DNA of 35,404 bases from Octopus bimaculoides. Its lineage: Eukaryota. The stretch covers positions 168,544,732 through 168,580,135 of the forward strand of contig NC_068981.1 in NCBI RefSeq assembly GCF_001194135.2, read 5' to 3'. This document shows positions 1 through 10,784 of the stretch, piece after piece (within the stretch, counting starts at the first letter, position 1; each line of letters opens with the position of its first letter). Under the pieces are notes generated by a model. The model was not told where the DNA came from. It saw only the letters and a list, made by a program, of their open reading frames with translations, and made no database searches. The translations under genes were made by a program, and so were the position numbers.

Positions 1-319
1 TCACTATTCTCTCTCCTACACTGTCTTGCAACACGAAATACCTCGAGTCTTTGGTCCTCACGGCGCAGAACATTGGCAAATCTTTCCTTATCTGCTTCCC
101 CTCTGGCTAAATAAACCTGTCGCCTAGCCTCCCTTCTGGCACATTGGTACAATTCCCTGCTACCACCGTTCTTCCAGTCCTTCCAAGCCTGTTTCTTTTG
201 TCTCATAGCCCTGTCTACCTCCTTGTTCCACCACCACGTTACTCTGGGTCGGGAGGGGACCTTACACCACCCACAAATCTGGTCGGTGGCTTTCAACAGG
301 TTGTCCCGCAGAAATCTCC
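1..319 (-). mobile_element. RTE-clade LINE ORF fragment (endonuclease-RT linker), 5'-truncated; continues off the left edge of the window
   Basis: Manual minus-strand translation is open throughout: RFLRDNLLKATDQICGWCKVPSRPRVTWWWNKEVDRAMRQKKQAWKDWKNGGSRELYQCARREARRQVYLARGEADKERFANVLRREDQRLEVFRVARQCRRENS. The WWWN.EV...KK.AWK.W motif is typical of the RTE LINE linker. Not in the ORF track because there is no ATG. Confidence 0.85.
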
Positions 320-695
320 TTACATCAGGATAATGCTCGGCCACATACAGCAAGGACGACATTCCAAACGCTGGAGCAGATTGAATGGGAAACGATGCCC
401 CACCCACCATATTCACTGAACATTGCCCCACCTGATTATCCCTTATTCCGCAGTCTTCAAAGTCATTTGGATGGAAAAAATGTGAATTCTGTAGATGAGA
501 TCAGAACAGTATTGGAGTATTTTCCATCACAGACAAGTGAATTTTGTAAGAGAGGCCTTGCAAGTCTACCAGATAGATGGAAGAGCATTGTAGAAAATGA
601 AGGAGAGTATATTTTAGATTAAGAAAGAACTTTGTTTATCTTAATCTTGAAAAATAAAGTATAAAAAACCATATTATTTATGGGATGACCTAATA
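320..695 (+). mobile_element. Mariner (Tc1/mariner, D34D) transposon 3' end: transposase C-terminus plus right TIR
   Basis: Frame from 323 reads HQDNARPHTARTTFQTLEQIEWETMPHPPYSLNIAPPDYPLFRSLQSHLDG...LPDRWKSIVENEGEYILD*. Catalytic Asp spacing counts to D34D. AATAAA follows the stop, then a mariner-like end TATGGGATGACCTAA+TA at ~680-695. Confidence 0.92.
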
Positions 696-718
696 CATAC
701 ACACACACACACACACAC

Positions 719-874
719 ATGACAGGCTTCTACATAGCTTTCATCTACCAAATTCACTTAAGGCATTGGTTGTCCTGGGGCTATAGTAGAAAACACTTGC
801 CCAAGGTACCACGAAGTGGGACTGCCTGAAACCATATGGTTGCAAAGTGAGCTTCTTAACCATGCAGCCATGCC
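719..874 (-). mobile_element. tRNA-headed SINE family B, 5' part (degenerate)
   Basis: Matches the head and core of the copies at 9078-9464 and 10509-10784 (cacttgcccaaggt..cacg.agtgggactga). Confidence 0.75.
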
Positions 875-1264
875 AAAGTATAGAAACTGTAGAAGAAAAC
901 ATTTAAGGATGGCAGATATAAAAGAAAGAACAGCACAAAGAATTCAATAAAAATCTGAAGGAAAATGGAATAAATAGATATCTTAAGGCAGAAGCTATGA
1001 GAAATAGAAAAATCAAATTCTTTATGTAAGAGCAAACAATGAACCATTCAGTGAAGTGAATATTGAACCACATCACTGTGGAGAACTGGACAAGTGCCAG
1101 TTGTATAACAAAATATTTTGCAGCAGAAACACCAAGTGATAGCTGTTTTAGCAATTACTGTCTCAAAGGCAAACCCCCAGTGCGAAAATGACTAGAATTT
1201 CTTCTATACTAAATATCTCCCATAAGTAGTCCTCAAAACCCATATCAAGGTCACAAAATTCAAC

Positions 1265-1590
1265 TTGGCACCTGTGCCCAGCGTCGCCTTCCTGGTATTT
1301 GTGCTGGTGGCATGTGTAAGACATTCGAGCAAGATCGTTGCCAGTGCTGCTGGACTGGCTCCTGTGCAAGTTGGCACGTAAAATACACCATTTCGAGCGT
1401 GGCCGTTGCCAGTACCGCCTGACTGGCCTTCGTGCCGGTGGCACGTAAAAGCATCCACTACACTTTCGGAGTATTTGGCGTTAGGAAGGGCATCCAGCTA
1501 GCCTGGTGTAGCCATCTGGTTCACCAGTCCTCAGTCAAATCGTCCAACCCATGCTAGCATGGAAAGCGGACGTTAAATGACGATGATGAT
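1265..1590 (+). mobile_element. SINE-like family A with RTE-type 3' tail and (GAT)n end
   Basis: Near-identical to 13912-14248 and to the reverse complement of 20941-21320. Ends ...ccaacccatgctagcatggaaagcggacgttaaatgacgatgatgat. Confidence 0.85.
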
Positions 1591-1973
1591 TTCTATCAAT
1601 GAGAGCCTAAATTTTAGGACTTCCAAAAGGAAGACCTTACTGTTTCAGAGTACTCAGACATATATTGTAGGAGCTCATATTCACATTCAACCAATGGTCA
1701 ACGTAGACAATATGTTCTACTTAAGTTGTAACTAGTAACTACGCTAATGAAAAGTACATTTCAGAAATTATTGCACTTTTATTTTATTAGCATTTTTAAT
1801 ACAGTTAAGTAAGATATAGATATTCGAAGTCATTATTGATGGCATAGTTACACTAGTGTATGAAACAAATATTTTAATTGAAAGAGCTTGAGATAGACTT
1901 CTTGGGAATTTTAGTAAGGAAATCTGTAATATATCAAGATTTTTGACACCATCAGCTAACACTTAAGATATTT

Positions 1974-1978
<5 letters not shown>

Positions 1979-2045
<67 letters not shown>
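1979..2045. repeat. (GA)n microsatellite
   Basis: Directly visible. Confidence 0.97.
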
Positions 2046-2910
2046 GATAAATAGATTTTAACAGCTAAAATATAACACAGAACAACTAGAAATAATTGTA
2101 CAATCAGACAGGGTCAAGTTTGTTTATCTAGGGTCCAGAACAGCTACAAAATAGATAGTATCGGAAATGTAAATTAAGGATGAAAAAAAAAAAAAAAAAA
2201 TTTTGTAAACTTTCATGGTTTCTCTTAGTATAAAAATTGTAGTGAGAAGAAAAATAAAGACATTAAACAATGTAAGCCTAGATACACTATGTCTAGAGAA
2301 AGCATGGGACTGTCAAGCTGCAACATTTTATCTGTATGCTTAGGGGCTCCACGACGATAACAAATTTCTCTCTAGTACTACATTATACTGTGTTTTGAGA
2401 TAGGTTCTCTCTTTCACCTGCTACATTTTTCTAACAATTAATTACCAACAATTGCTAATTCAAATTATATATTAATTACACTGAACACACGAAGGAACTT
2501 TTCTATCTTTTACTAATTAGCAAAAGAAAGTGAATACCTTTCCGAAACATACAAAAAGTAAATAACAGTATGTAAAGTTCAGAAATAATAATTTTATATT
2601 ACAATTAACTAACTAGGAAATAGTAAAGATCAATCATGAAAACATGCCTAATTACTAATGATAGGTTATCCAAATAATGGGACGTGCTGTTAGGAAATGA
2701 ACCAAAATTTTTAGTTATGGAAACTGAAACCATCAGCTTTGTGTCTGTCTCCTGAGTTTAATACTGACATATAATACAAAGAGTGAGCATTATAAGCACC
2801 AACTGAGACAGAGAGACACACACACACAAAAATTTAACTGTAAATCTATCACATGTTACTCAATCACATTATCGGTTACACAAAAGAACATCTGATAATT
2901 CCTCTTCTTA

Positions 2911-3125
2911 AATTCATCATCATTATTTAATGTCCAATTTTTTGTTGAGGTTGGTTTTCTATATCCAGATACCCTCCCTGTTGCCAACCCTTAAGCGTTT
3001 CTGAACAAGATAATATTTCTCCATGGTTAGACATGTTTTCTGTGGAAGACTGGAAATGAACACCACTTGTATTATGGTGATGTTCATTTACAGTCAACAC
3101 ATGGTGTCATGACAAGGGTACACAG
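2911..3125 (-). mobile_element. SINE-like family F with RTE-type tail (other copies at ~6030-6190, 10840-11030, 13520-13735, 18680-18830, 23850-24085)
   Basis: Recurrent block ccttcctgttgccaaccct...gtaatatttccccatgg..agacatgtttt..gaagactggaaa, preceded by (ATC)n. Confidence 0.7.
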
Positions 3126-3134
3126 AATCAAACA

Positions 3135-3315
3135 TACACACACACATACATGTTGGGCTTCTTTCAGTTTCCTTCAACCAAATCCACTCAAGGCTTTGGA
3201 GTCAGCCTGGGGCAAAAGTAGAAGACGCTTACCCAAAGTGATGCACAGTAGGACTGAACCCAAACCTGCTTGGTTGAGAAACAAGCTTCTTGACCACACA
3301 GCTACACCTTTGCCT
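3135..3315 (-). mobile_element. SINE family B, 5' half
   Basis: gggcttctttcagtttcc..ccaaatccactca.aaggctttgg...cttgaccacacagc, shared with other B copies. Confidence 0.75.
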
Positions 3316-3629
3316 AAACTATGTACTATAAATACTTTTTGGGCTATTTCACCTTTATAATTTTAGCTCCACAAGATAACTCGTCTCCCACTTTGCGCTG
3401 GTATGATGAGTAAGCTAATTTATATAATGCCCAATATAAAGATGACTAACTCCAGTTCAATGTTTGTGATGAGCAACAAGCTCACAGACCAGATATTATA
3501 ATCAACTGTGAAGATTTTTAAATGTTTGCACATTATAACACCAAATTTGAGAGACAAAAAGAGCAACAGGAGCAGTGAAACAACTGTTGCTTCCATTCTC
3601 TCTCAACTGCTGCTTATAATGCCTCATGT

Positions 3630-3640
3630 CATATATATAT

Positions 3641-3717
<77 letters not shown>
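3630..3717. repeat. (TA)n microsatellite
   Basis: Directly visible. Confidence 0.97.
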
Positions 3718-3722
<5 letters not shown>

Positions 3723-4139
3723 TTTATAAATTTATTAGGTTGGACAGCATTAGAAATAATTAGCAACTATTTTAGGCTTTGACAATAGATTTTGCTATAA
3801 TTAACATGAAATACATATGGATGACATATGTCAGAAAAAGCAAGCAAAAATGCTGAGTTGGTAGCAAGCAATAACCAAGATACATTGCAGACAATGAAGA
3901 CTTTGGATGAGATGCTATACTTCAAGTCCAGTTTATGAAATAACAGATGAATTGGCTAATAAATTAGATTTTAATAAAATGCTTTATATTAATAGAAAAT
4001 ATTTAATCTAATGTAGCACAAATAAATGTGACTGAAACCTAGTGAGCAAGAAGATAGCTTAAAAATATCAGTATGTCTATTGTGTTGTGCTCCGAGATAA
4101 CATACATAATTACTAAAGCCATTCAGGGAAAACTGCTAT

Positions 4140-4275
4140 GCAGGCAGTCAATTTGCTAAAAGTAGCAGCCAAACCACTCAAATCTCATCCAAGTATTTTT
4201 TAAAAAAAGGGAAAGGACACATTGACTATAATCATATGCTCAATCAGGGATCACTTAAACTGAATCAACAATAAC
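4140..4275. repeat. Interspersed repeat family E (other copies at ~11940-12090, 12860-12965, 14890-14990, 15100-15260, 22130-22240, 22510-22560, 23090-23160, 26790-26900, 30560-30760)
   Basis: Recurrent motif t.gacctgctagaaatagcagccaaatctccctcaaatcacacc...ggatggtca.ggctggaatgcctttgatcataggtctg on both strands. Class unknown. Confidence 0.55.
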
Positions 4276-4329
4276 TAAATGGTTTGCAGTTAATTAAAGA
4301 TGTTCTTTTGAAATTAAGTGTTAAATAAA

Positions 4330-4398
4330 ATGATAATTAACTGATCCTCCTGTACTTTCTTTCACCCAAAGCCAGGAACTTTTCAGCACCACCTCATA
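4330..4398. mobile_element. Solitary mariner-like terminal fragment
   Basis: Reverse complement begins TA+TGAGGTGGTGCTGAAAAGTTCCTGGCTT, resembling mariner TIRs as I remember them. No partner TIR seen. Confidence 0.45.
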
Positions 4399-4835
4399 CA
4401 CCTGATAAAATGAAGGCTCATACTATAAGACTCTGCTGCAACATTACAAAGAATGGTTAATTTGGCAGCGGAGATTTCATTTAGTAGTGCTAATTTGGCA
4501 ATCAAGCTAAACAATTTCCCTTTCTCTCATGGGAAGATTTTTGTAAAGAAGGTGCTTCAGACAAATAATGGAAACAAACTGTTTCCAATCAGCTTATACA
4601 AAAGATTTCCTAATTTATTGAGAAGAGGATAATATATACATAAACTGACACATTAATAATGATCAATGTGACCACATTACTTCAAGTAAAGACCATTCTG
4701 TGCAGTTCACACTTAATTCTGTCTATACAGCATCATTAATGAAAAAATATTTAACTTCAGCTACACACCATAATTGAGACTGATTCCTCTATGAAATTTA
4801 ATGACATTCGGTGGGAGAGAGAGACTGAAAGATAG

Positions 4836-4837
<2 letters not shown>

Positions 4838-4872
<35 letters not shown>

Positions 4873-5177
4873 NNNNNNNNNNNNNNNNNNNNNNNNNNNN
4901 NNNNNNNNNNNNNNNNNNNNNNNNNNNNNNNNNNNNNNNNNNNNNNNNNNNNNNNNNNNNNNNNNNNNNNNNNNNNNNNNNNNNNNNNNNNNNNNNNNNN
5001 NNNNNNNNNNNNNNNNNNNNNNNNNNNNNNNNNNNNNNNNNNNNNNNNNNNNNNNNNNNNNNNNNNNNNNNNNNNNNNNNNNNNNNNNNNNNNNNNNNNN
5101 NNNNNNNNNNNNNNNNNNNNNNNNNNNNNNNNNNNNNNNNNNNNNNNNNNNNNNNNNNNNNNNNNNNNNNNNNNNNN
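4838..5177. repeat. (TG)n microsatellite followed by an assembly gap (N 4873-5177)
   Basis: Directly visible. Confidence 0.95.
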
Positions 5178-5258
5178 CTGAAACAAGTAAAACAGTATGG
5201 TTTTAGGTTCAGTCTTAAAGTGTGGCACGGTGGACAAGTTGTCCACTAATGTAGCACT

Positions 5259-5552
5259 GGGCTAACCAAAGCCTTTTGAGTGGATTTGGTAGACAGAAAC
5301 TGAAAGAAGCCCATTGTATATATGTATATATATATATATATATGTATGTGCGTTTGTTTGTCTGTGTTTGTCCCCCACCATCGCTTGACAACCGATGTTG
5401 GTGTGTTTATGTCCTCGTAACTTAGTGGTTCGGCAAAAAGAGCCCGATAGAATAAGTACTAGGCTTACAAAGAATAAGTCCTGGGGTCGATTTGCCCGAC
5501 TAAAGGCGGTGCTCCAGCATGGCCGCAGTCAAATGACTGAAACAAGTAAAAC
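5259..5552 (+). mobile_element. SINE family B, 3' two-thirds
   Basis: Ends ...taaaggcggtgctccagcatggccgcagtcaaatgactgaaacaagtaaa, the reverse complement of the start of 10509-10784. Confidence 0.85.
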
Positions 5553-5689
5553 AGTATGGTTTTAGGTTCAGTCTTAAAGTGTGGCACGGTGGACAAGTTG
5601 TCCACTAATGTAGCACTGGGCTAACCAAAGCCTTTTGAGTGGATTTGGTAGACAGAAACAGAAAGAAATCCACCATATATAGGTTCTCC

Positions 5690-5952
5690 TGTACTTCTCA
5701 GTGTATTAGGCAGCAAGCTTCTTCCACTGGGTTTGGTTGGTTGCTACTCTTGCATATCCATTTCATGTAATGTTGATTGTCTTCAGGTCATCTTCAAATG
5801 CCTGCTGTCAAGTGATCTTTAGCTTGCCCTCTTTTACACTTGCCAATAGGAGGTACTCATGTCATGGCTGTTGGTCAGCTAGACAGAAAATGTGGCCAAT
5901 CAGGTGGAATTGATATTCTACTATAATGTCTTGCAGTGGTCATTGATTTGCT
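5690..5952 (-). mobile_element. Decayed RTE-type LINE ORF 3' end
   Basis: Minus strand reads ...FHLIGHIFCLADQQP...LKIT*QQAFEDDLKTINIT*NGYARVATNQTQWKKLAA, a stop-ridden version of the RTE C-terminal GH..R / DL..W.EA..LA.DR..WR.LVAA pattern. Confidence 0.55.
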
Positions 5953-6476
5953 CTTCTCAGAAGCTCTTTTGTGACAGGGTCTCACTACTTAACCCTTCCT
6001 GTGACATGATCTCACTGCTTGACCCATCCTGTGACCAACCCTCACCTGTTCCCCAGTGAATTGATATTCCCTTATGAAAAAGACATGTTTTCTCAGAAGG
6101 CTGGAAATGTAAGACATTATTTGCAAGGCAGTCACACTTGTTTACAACCATTGCATAAAGTCAAGACAAGGAAACAATAACACAAACACACATGTGTATG
6201 TATGCGTGTATATACATGAAGAGCTTACTTTCAAAACCAGATATATGCTTCAGAATGACTTTTGAGTAATTGTTTAAAACAACCACCTGAATATATCTGA
6301 TTTTGATTGGAAGACTAAGATTCACCTACTGTCTCTATGGCATCTATCCCAGTTTGACTGAAAAAAATTTCACGTGTGTGAAGCCAGTAGTTTGCAGATT
6401 GTGTTTTAATGGTTATCATGAAATCGAGCAAATATGCACTTACGCTGGTTTCGAAAGTAAGCTCCTCATTAGATGT

Positions 6477-6810
6477 GAAGGTGTATGGCTCAGTGGTTAG
6501 AGTGTTGGGCTTACTATCATGAGGTTGTGAGTTCAACTCCTGGCCCATGCTGAGTGTTATGTTCTTGAGCACAACACTTTATTTTGAATTGTTTCAGTTC
6601 ATTCAGCTGTAGAAATGAGTTGCAACATCACTGGTCTCAAGCTGTAGAGCCCCTTGCCTTTCCCTTGGACAAGATTGGTGGCATGGAGAAGGGAGAATGG
6701 TATGCAAGGGTGACTGCTGGTTTTCTACAAACAACCTTGCTTGGGCTTGTGCCTCAGAGGGAAACTTTACAGGTGCAATCCTATGGTCATTCGTTGCTAA
6801 AGGGGGTCTT
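6477..6810 (+). mobile_element. tRNA-headed SINE family C
   Basis: A-box TGGCTCAGTGG, B-box GAGTTCAACTCC, then gttcttgagca.aacact, shared with copies at 12518, 19891, 24104 and 30938. Confidence 0.75.
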
Positions 6811-6879
6811 TACACACACACATATCTATATGTACACACACATATATATATATATCTATATATACACACATATATATAT

Positions 6880-8163
6880 CATCATCATTATTATTTAATA
6901 TCTGCCTTCCATGCTAGCATGCGTGGGATGGTTTCACAAGAGCCGGCTAGGCTGAAGCCTGCACCAGACTTCTGTGACTGTTTTGGCAGGATTTGTACAG
7001 CTGAATGCCCTTCATAACACCAACCACTCAGCAGAGTGGACTTAGTGCTTTTTTGTGGCACAAGCATAGATGAGGTGAGTCGTGTTTTTTATGTGGTACA
7101 AACACAGGCGAGGTCAGTTTTGGCAAGGTTTTAACAGCTGGATGCCCTTCCGAACACCAACTACTTTACAGTGTGGACCGGGTGCTTTTAAGTGGCACCT
7201 ACATGGTTACCAAGTACTTGCAAGATAAAAACTTTCAATAGGGGAGGAGGCATTGGAGGAGGTGATCCTGTGTTAGATGATGAAAAGGTTATAGTGACAC
7301 AGATACAAGTGTCTTGCTGTAGAAGAAGTACAAGGTTACCCGGCTGGAGAGAAAAAGATCAAGAATGAAGACAGAAAGAGGTGTGCTACCGCAAAGGAAA
7401 TACACAGTTACCCAACCAGAGGGAAGTGCAGGAGGAGAGAGAGTGGGAGACAGCAGGATAGAGATGGTTGCAAAATGCTGGGCATACTCACAAGGAACAG
7501 GGATCAGAATATAAATGTGATGGTTGAGTAAGGGAAGAGAGAGATATGGATAGTGGCAAGTGCCAGGGCATACCCTTGAGGTTCAAATGCCATAATGTGA
7601 CAGGAAACTGCAAAGGGAATGTGAATAAAGAGTGCGAGTAAGTGATGAATGATCTAGGTATGTCTGGAGTTGGGGGGGGGGCTACCGGATAGCAATGATA
7701 CAGAGGAACAGGGGTGTGAGAGCTAGGCATAGTGTATGAAGGAGTTACGGGTGAGTAGAACACACAGATTGGGGGCTAGCAGATACATACTAAAGTGAGA
7801 CAGGACATGTGGGTAGAACACACAAGCTGGAGGGCCAGCAGAGAGCAATGATACAGTGGCACAGGGCCAAGAGGACAGGATTGGCGAGTGAGAGGTAATC
7901 AAAGTACATGAAGCAGTAATGTGAGGAATAGAAGAGATGTAGAGATGAGTTTGGTTTGTTGTGGCAAAGTGAGTTTTCTTGTTAAGTGGGGGTGGGACAC
8001 ACAGTGCTTCTAGAACTCAGTTTTGCTGACGTGAGCAGGTCTTCTCAAGAACTTCATATCACTAGACATCTCTGTTCACTGTCATTTCCTCCTCGAGGCC
8101 CAACTTCCTGAGATCGGTCCTTACCACTTCATCCCATGTCTTCCTGGGTCTCCCTCTTCCATG
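6880..8163 (-). mobile_element. RTE LINE 3' end: ORF C-terminus, ~1.1-kb pyrimidine-rich 3'UTR and tail
   Basis: Minus strand 8160-8040 reads GRGRPRKTWDEVVRTDLRKLGLEEEMTVNRDV**YEVLEKT. The UTR ends with the gaagggcat(c/t)cagctg...catgctagcatggaaggcaga..ttaaat(AAT/GAT)n tail. Confidence 0.85.
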
Positions 8164-8370
8164 GGCACTATATATACACACACACGATAAGCTTCTTTCA
8201 GTTTCTCTTTACTAAACAACTGTAAGACGACAAAAATTTAACTAAGGATAAACAAACTGTGCTTTTTTCTCAGCATTACCCTGCATTGAGTCCAGCTAAG
8301 TTTTTCTTCCACTCTTTTTTTGTTTCATATTATATCCTTGTGTATGATAAACTTTAATCTTTTCTTTTAT

Positions 8371-8746
8371 CTTTTACTTGTTTCAGTCATTAGACTGTGG
8401 CCATGCAGGGGCACCACCTTGAATTTTTAGTTGAATGAATCAATGCCAGGAGTTTTCATTTCAAAGCCTGATACTTATTTCATTAATCTCTTTTGCCAAA
8501 TGACTAAGTTACAAGGATGTGAACACACCCACACCAGTTGTCAAGTGGTGGTGGGGGACAGAAACAGACACAAAGACACACATAATGGGCTTCTTTCAGT
8601 CTCTGTCTACCAAATCCACTCACAAACTTTGGTCAGCCTGAAGATATAATAGAAGACACTTGCCTAAAATGCCATGCAATGGGACTAAACCCAGAACCAT
8701 ATGGTTTGGGAAGCAAGCTTTTTACCACACAGCCACGCCTGTGCCT
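8371..8746 (-). mobile_element. SINE family B, full-length
   Basis: Colinear with 9078-9464 and 10509-10784 from tail to tRNA-like head. Confidence 0.85.
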
Positions 8747-9077
8747 AATCTTTGACATTTTTGTTCATTCTGTTTAATCTGGAAACGCAAAGCAATTTCT
8801 GTAGTATATTTTATTTTATGCTTTAACTATTTACAATTATACTCAGTAGTCTATGTTCAGTTATGCAAAAAAAGTGAATGGAAAGATGACATTTGATGCA
8901 AGGTAATAATGAAAGAGCAGCAACAATTCTATTTTGCATGTAATGACTCTGATAAAGTCTTTAATGGGTTTACAAGTTCAGCGGTTAGATGTGGGGAATC
9001 AACAATTAAGTGCAGGTGAATGACCTATGGGAGCTGTTCTGGTAAAAAAAGACCCGTTTATATATATATATATATAT

Positions 9078-9464
9078 TCTTTTATTTGTTTTAGTTCTTT
9101 GACTGTGGCCATGCTGGAGCACTGCCTTTAGTTGAACAAATTGACCCCGGCACTTATTCTTTGTAATCCTAATACTTATCCTATTGGTTTCTTTTGCCAA
9201 ACCATTAAGTTGCGGGGATGTAAAGGTACCAAAATCAGTTGTCAAGAGATGGGGGTGGATGGGTGGGGGGCAAACACAGATACACACACACACATAAATA
9301 CGACAGGCTTCTTTCAGTTTCTGCCAACCAAATTCACTCACAAGGCTTTGGTTGGCCTGAGGTTATAGTAGAATACACTTGCCCAAGGTTCCACGCAGTG
9401 GGACTGAACCCGGAACCATGTGGGTGGTAAGCAAGCTACTTACCACACTGCCACTCCTGTGCCT
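9078..9464 (-). mobile_element. SINE family B, full-length
   Basis: Reverse complement head AGGCACAGGAGTGGCAGTGTGGTAAGTAGCTTGC...GGTTCCGGGTTCAGTCCC (A and B boxes), followed by a CORE-like TTGGGCAAGTG segment. Confidence 0.88.
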
Positions 9465-10508
9465 GGTTAGTGTTGAAAGTTAATGTGACTATACAGAGAA
9501 GGTAACTACACAGATGTAGAAGAATAATATACATTGAGTCATATCACACCATGATGTGATGTTACAAGGCATCCGCAAGAGATACAGACTAAGGAAGAAC
9601 TAGGAAGAAGCAGGCAGATCAAATCTGATAAGATTATATAGGATTAAGACACATGGAAGGTTGGTTTATTGCAGATTTGTGACAATCTATGCATATGGCA
9701 TCGCTGAGTAATTTCTCTCAGGAGCTAATTATTTTATTTTGTTAAATATGCTAATTTTTCAGTGCTTACTCATCATCATCACCACATTGTACATTTATTT
9801 AGTAATCTCCTCCCATCACTACTTTAGGAAGAATGGCAAAGCGTTTGTTTTGCCAAATAAAACCGAAACATGTCTGGAGCTGTCTCACATATTTGCCAAA
9901 ATGATTAAAATAATACTGGTCACTGAGCTAATGTTGTTTCTCTACTGCATAATTATTTTCAATTGGCGTTTATGCAGCTTACTGCTTTAAATATGTCAAC
10001 ATTAACTTCACAGTTGTTTTGCATGAGGATGTCATCGGAGTAATTAACCTTAGTGATATGCTGACAAGTTACCTAATATCACTAACTGGGAGGTGTTTTC
10101 TTACCATCACAATTTTTCTCAGACAATCATTACGAAAACTAGAGATGTCTCCAGACATCCCTAAACCAGCAAACTATCTCACTTCATAAATTGTAGTCGA
10201 GCTGTCTGATCTACTGTCAACATGCTCTCTAACTTTTTAGGATACTCCAGCTACTAAAGCCACATTTGCTGCTAATTTTCCTAACCTACACCCTACAATA
10301 TTAAAACTCACAAGCTCTTTGTAAACGTACAAATTATGCTGGATAAATGGGAATGAATATATGCAAATTTTCTGATAAATATGAAACATTTCAAATTTGT
10401 TTATTGAAAATTAATTGGTCTCATCTCAGTCATGTGACTGAAAAATTAAGACAGTTTTGAAATTAAAATATAAAGTGCTTTCTGGTTCAAATATCCCAAA
10501 TCATACCC

Positions 10509-10784
10509 TTTTACTTGTTTCAGTCATTTGTCTGTGGCCATGCTGGAGCACCGCCTTTAGTCGAGCAAATCGACCCCAGGACTTATTCTTTGTAAGCCTA
10601 GTACTTATTCTATCGGTCTCTTTTTGCTGAACCGCTAAGTTACGGGGACGTAAACACCAGCATCAGGNNNNNNNNNNCAAGGCTATAGTAGAAGACACTT
10701 GCCCAAGGTGCCACGCAGTGGGACTGAACTCGGGACCATGTGGTTGGTAAGCAAGCTACTTACCACACAGCCACTCCTGCGCCT
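10509..10784 (-). mobile_element. SINE family B, young CpG-intact copy interrupted by a 10-N gap
   Basis: Retains many CpGs. The gap at 10668-10677 replaces the internal microsatellite. Confidence 0.9.

Noticed and set aside
1163-1458. Overlapping 60-130 aa ORFs here and at 13889-14202 and 21024-21416
   Set aside because: They all lie within family-A repeats, differ in frame between copies, and reflect GC-rich repeat sequence rather than genes.
4761-5249. Long ORFs containing X runs (also 27987-28344 and 33970-34761)
   Set aside because: Artefacts of N gaps and microsatellites.
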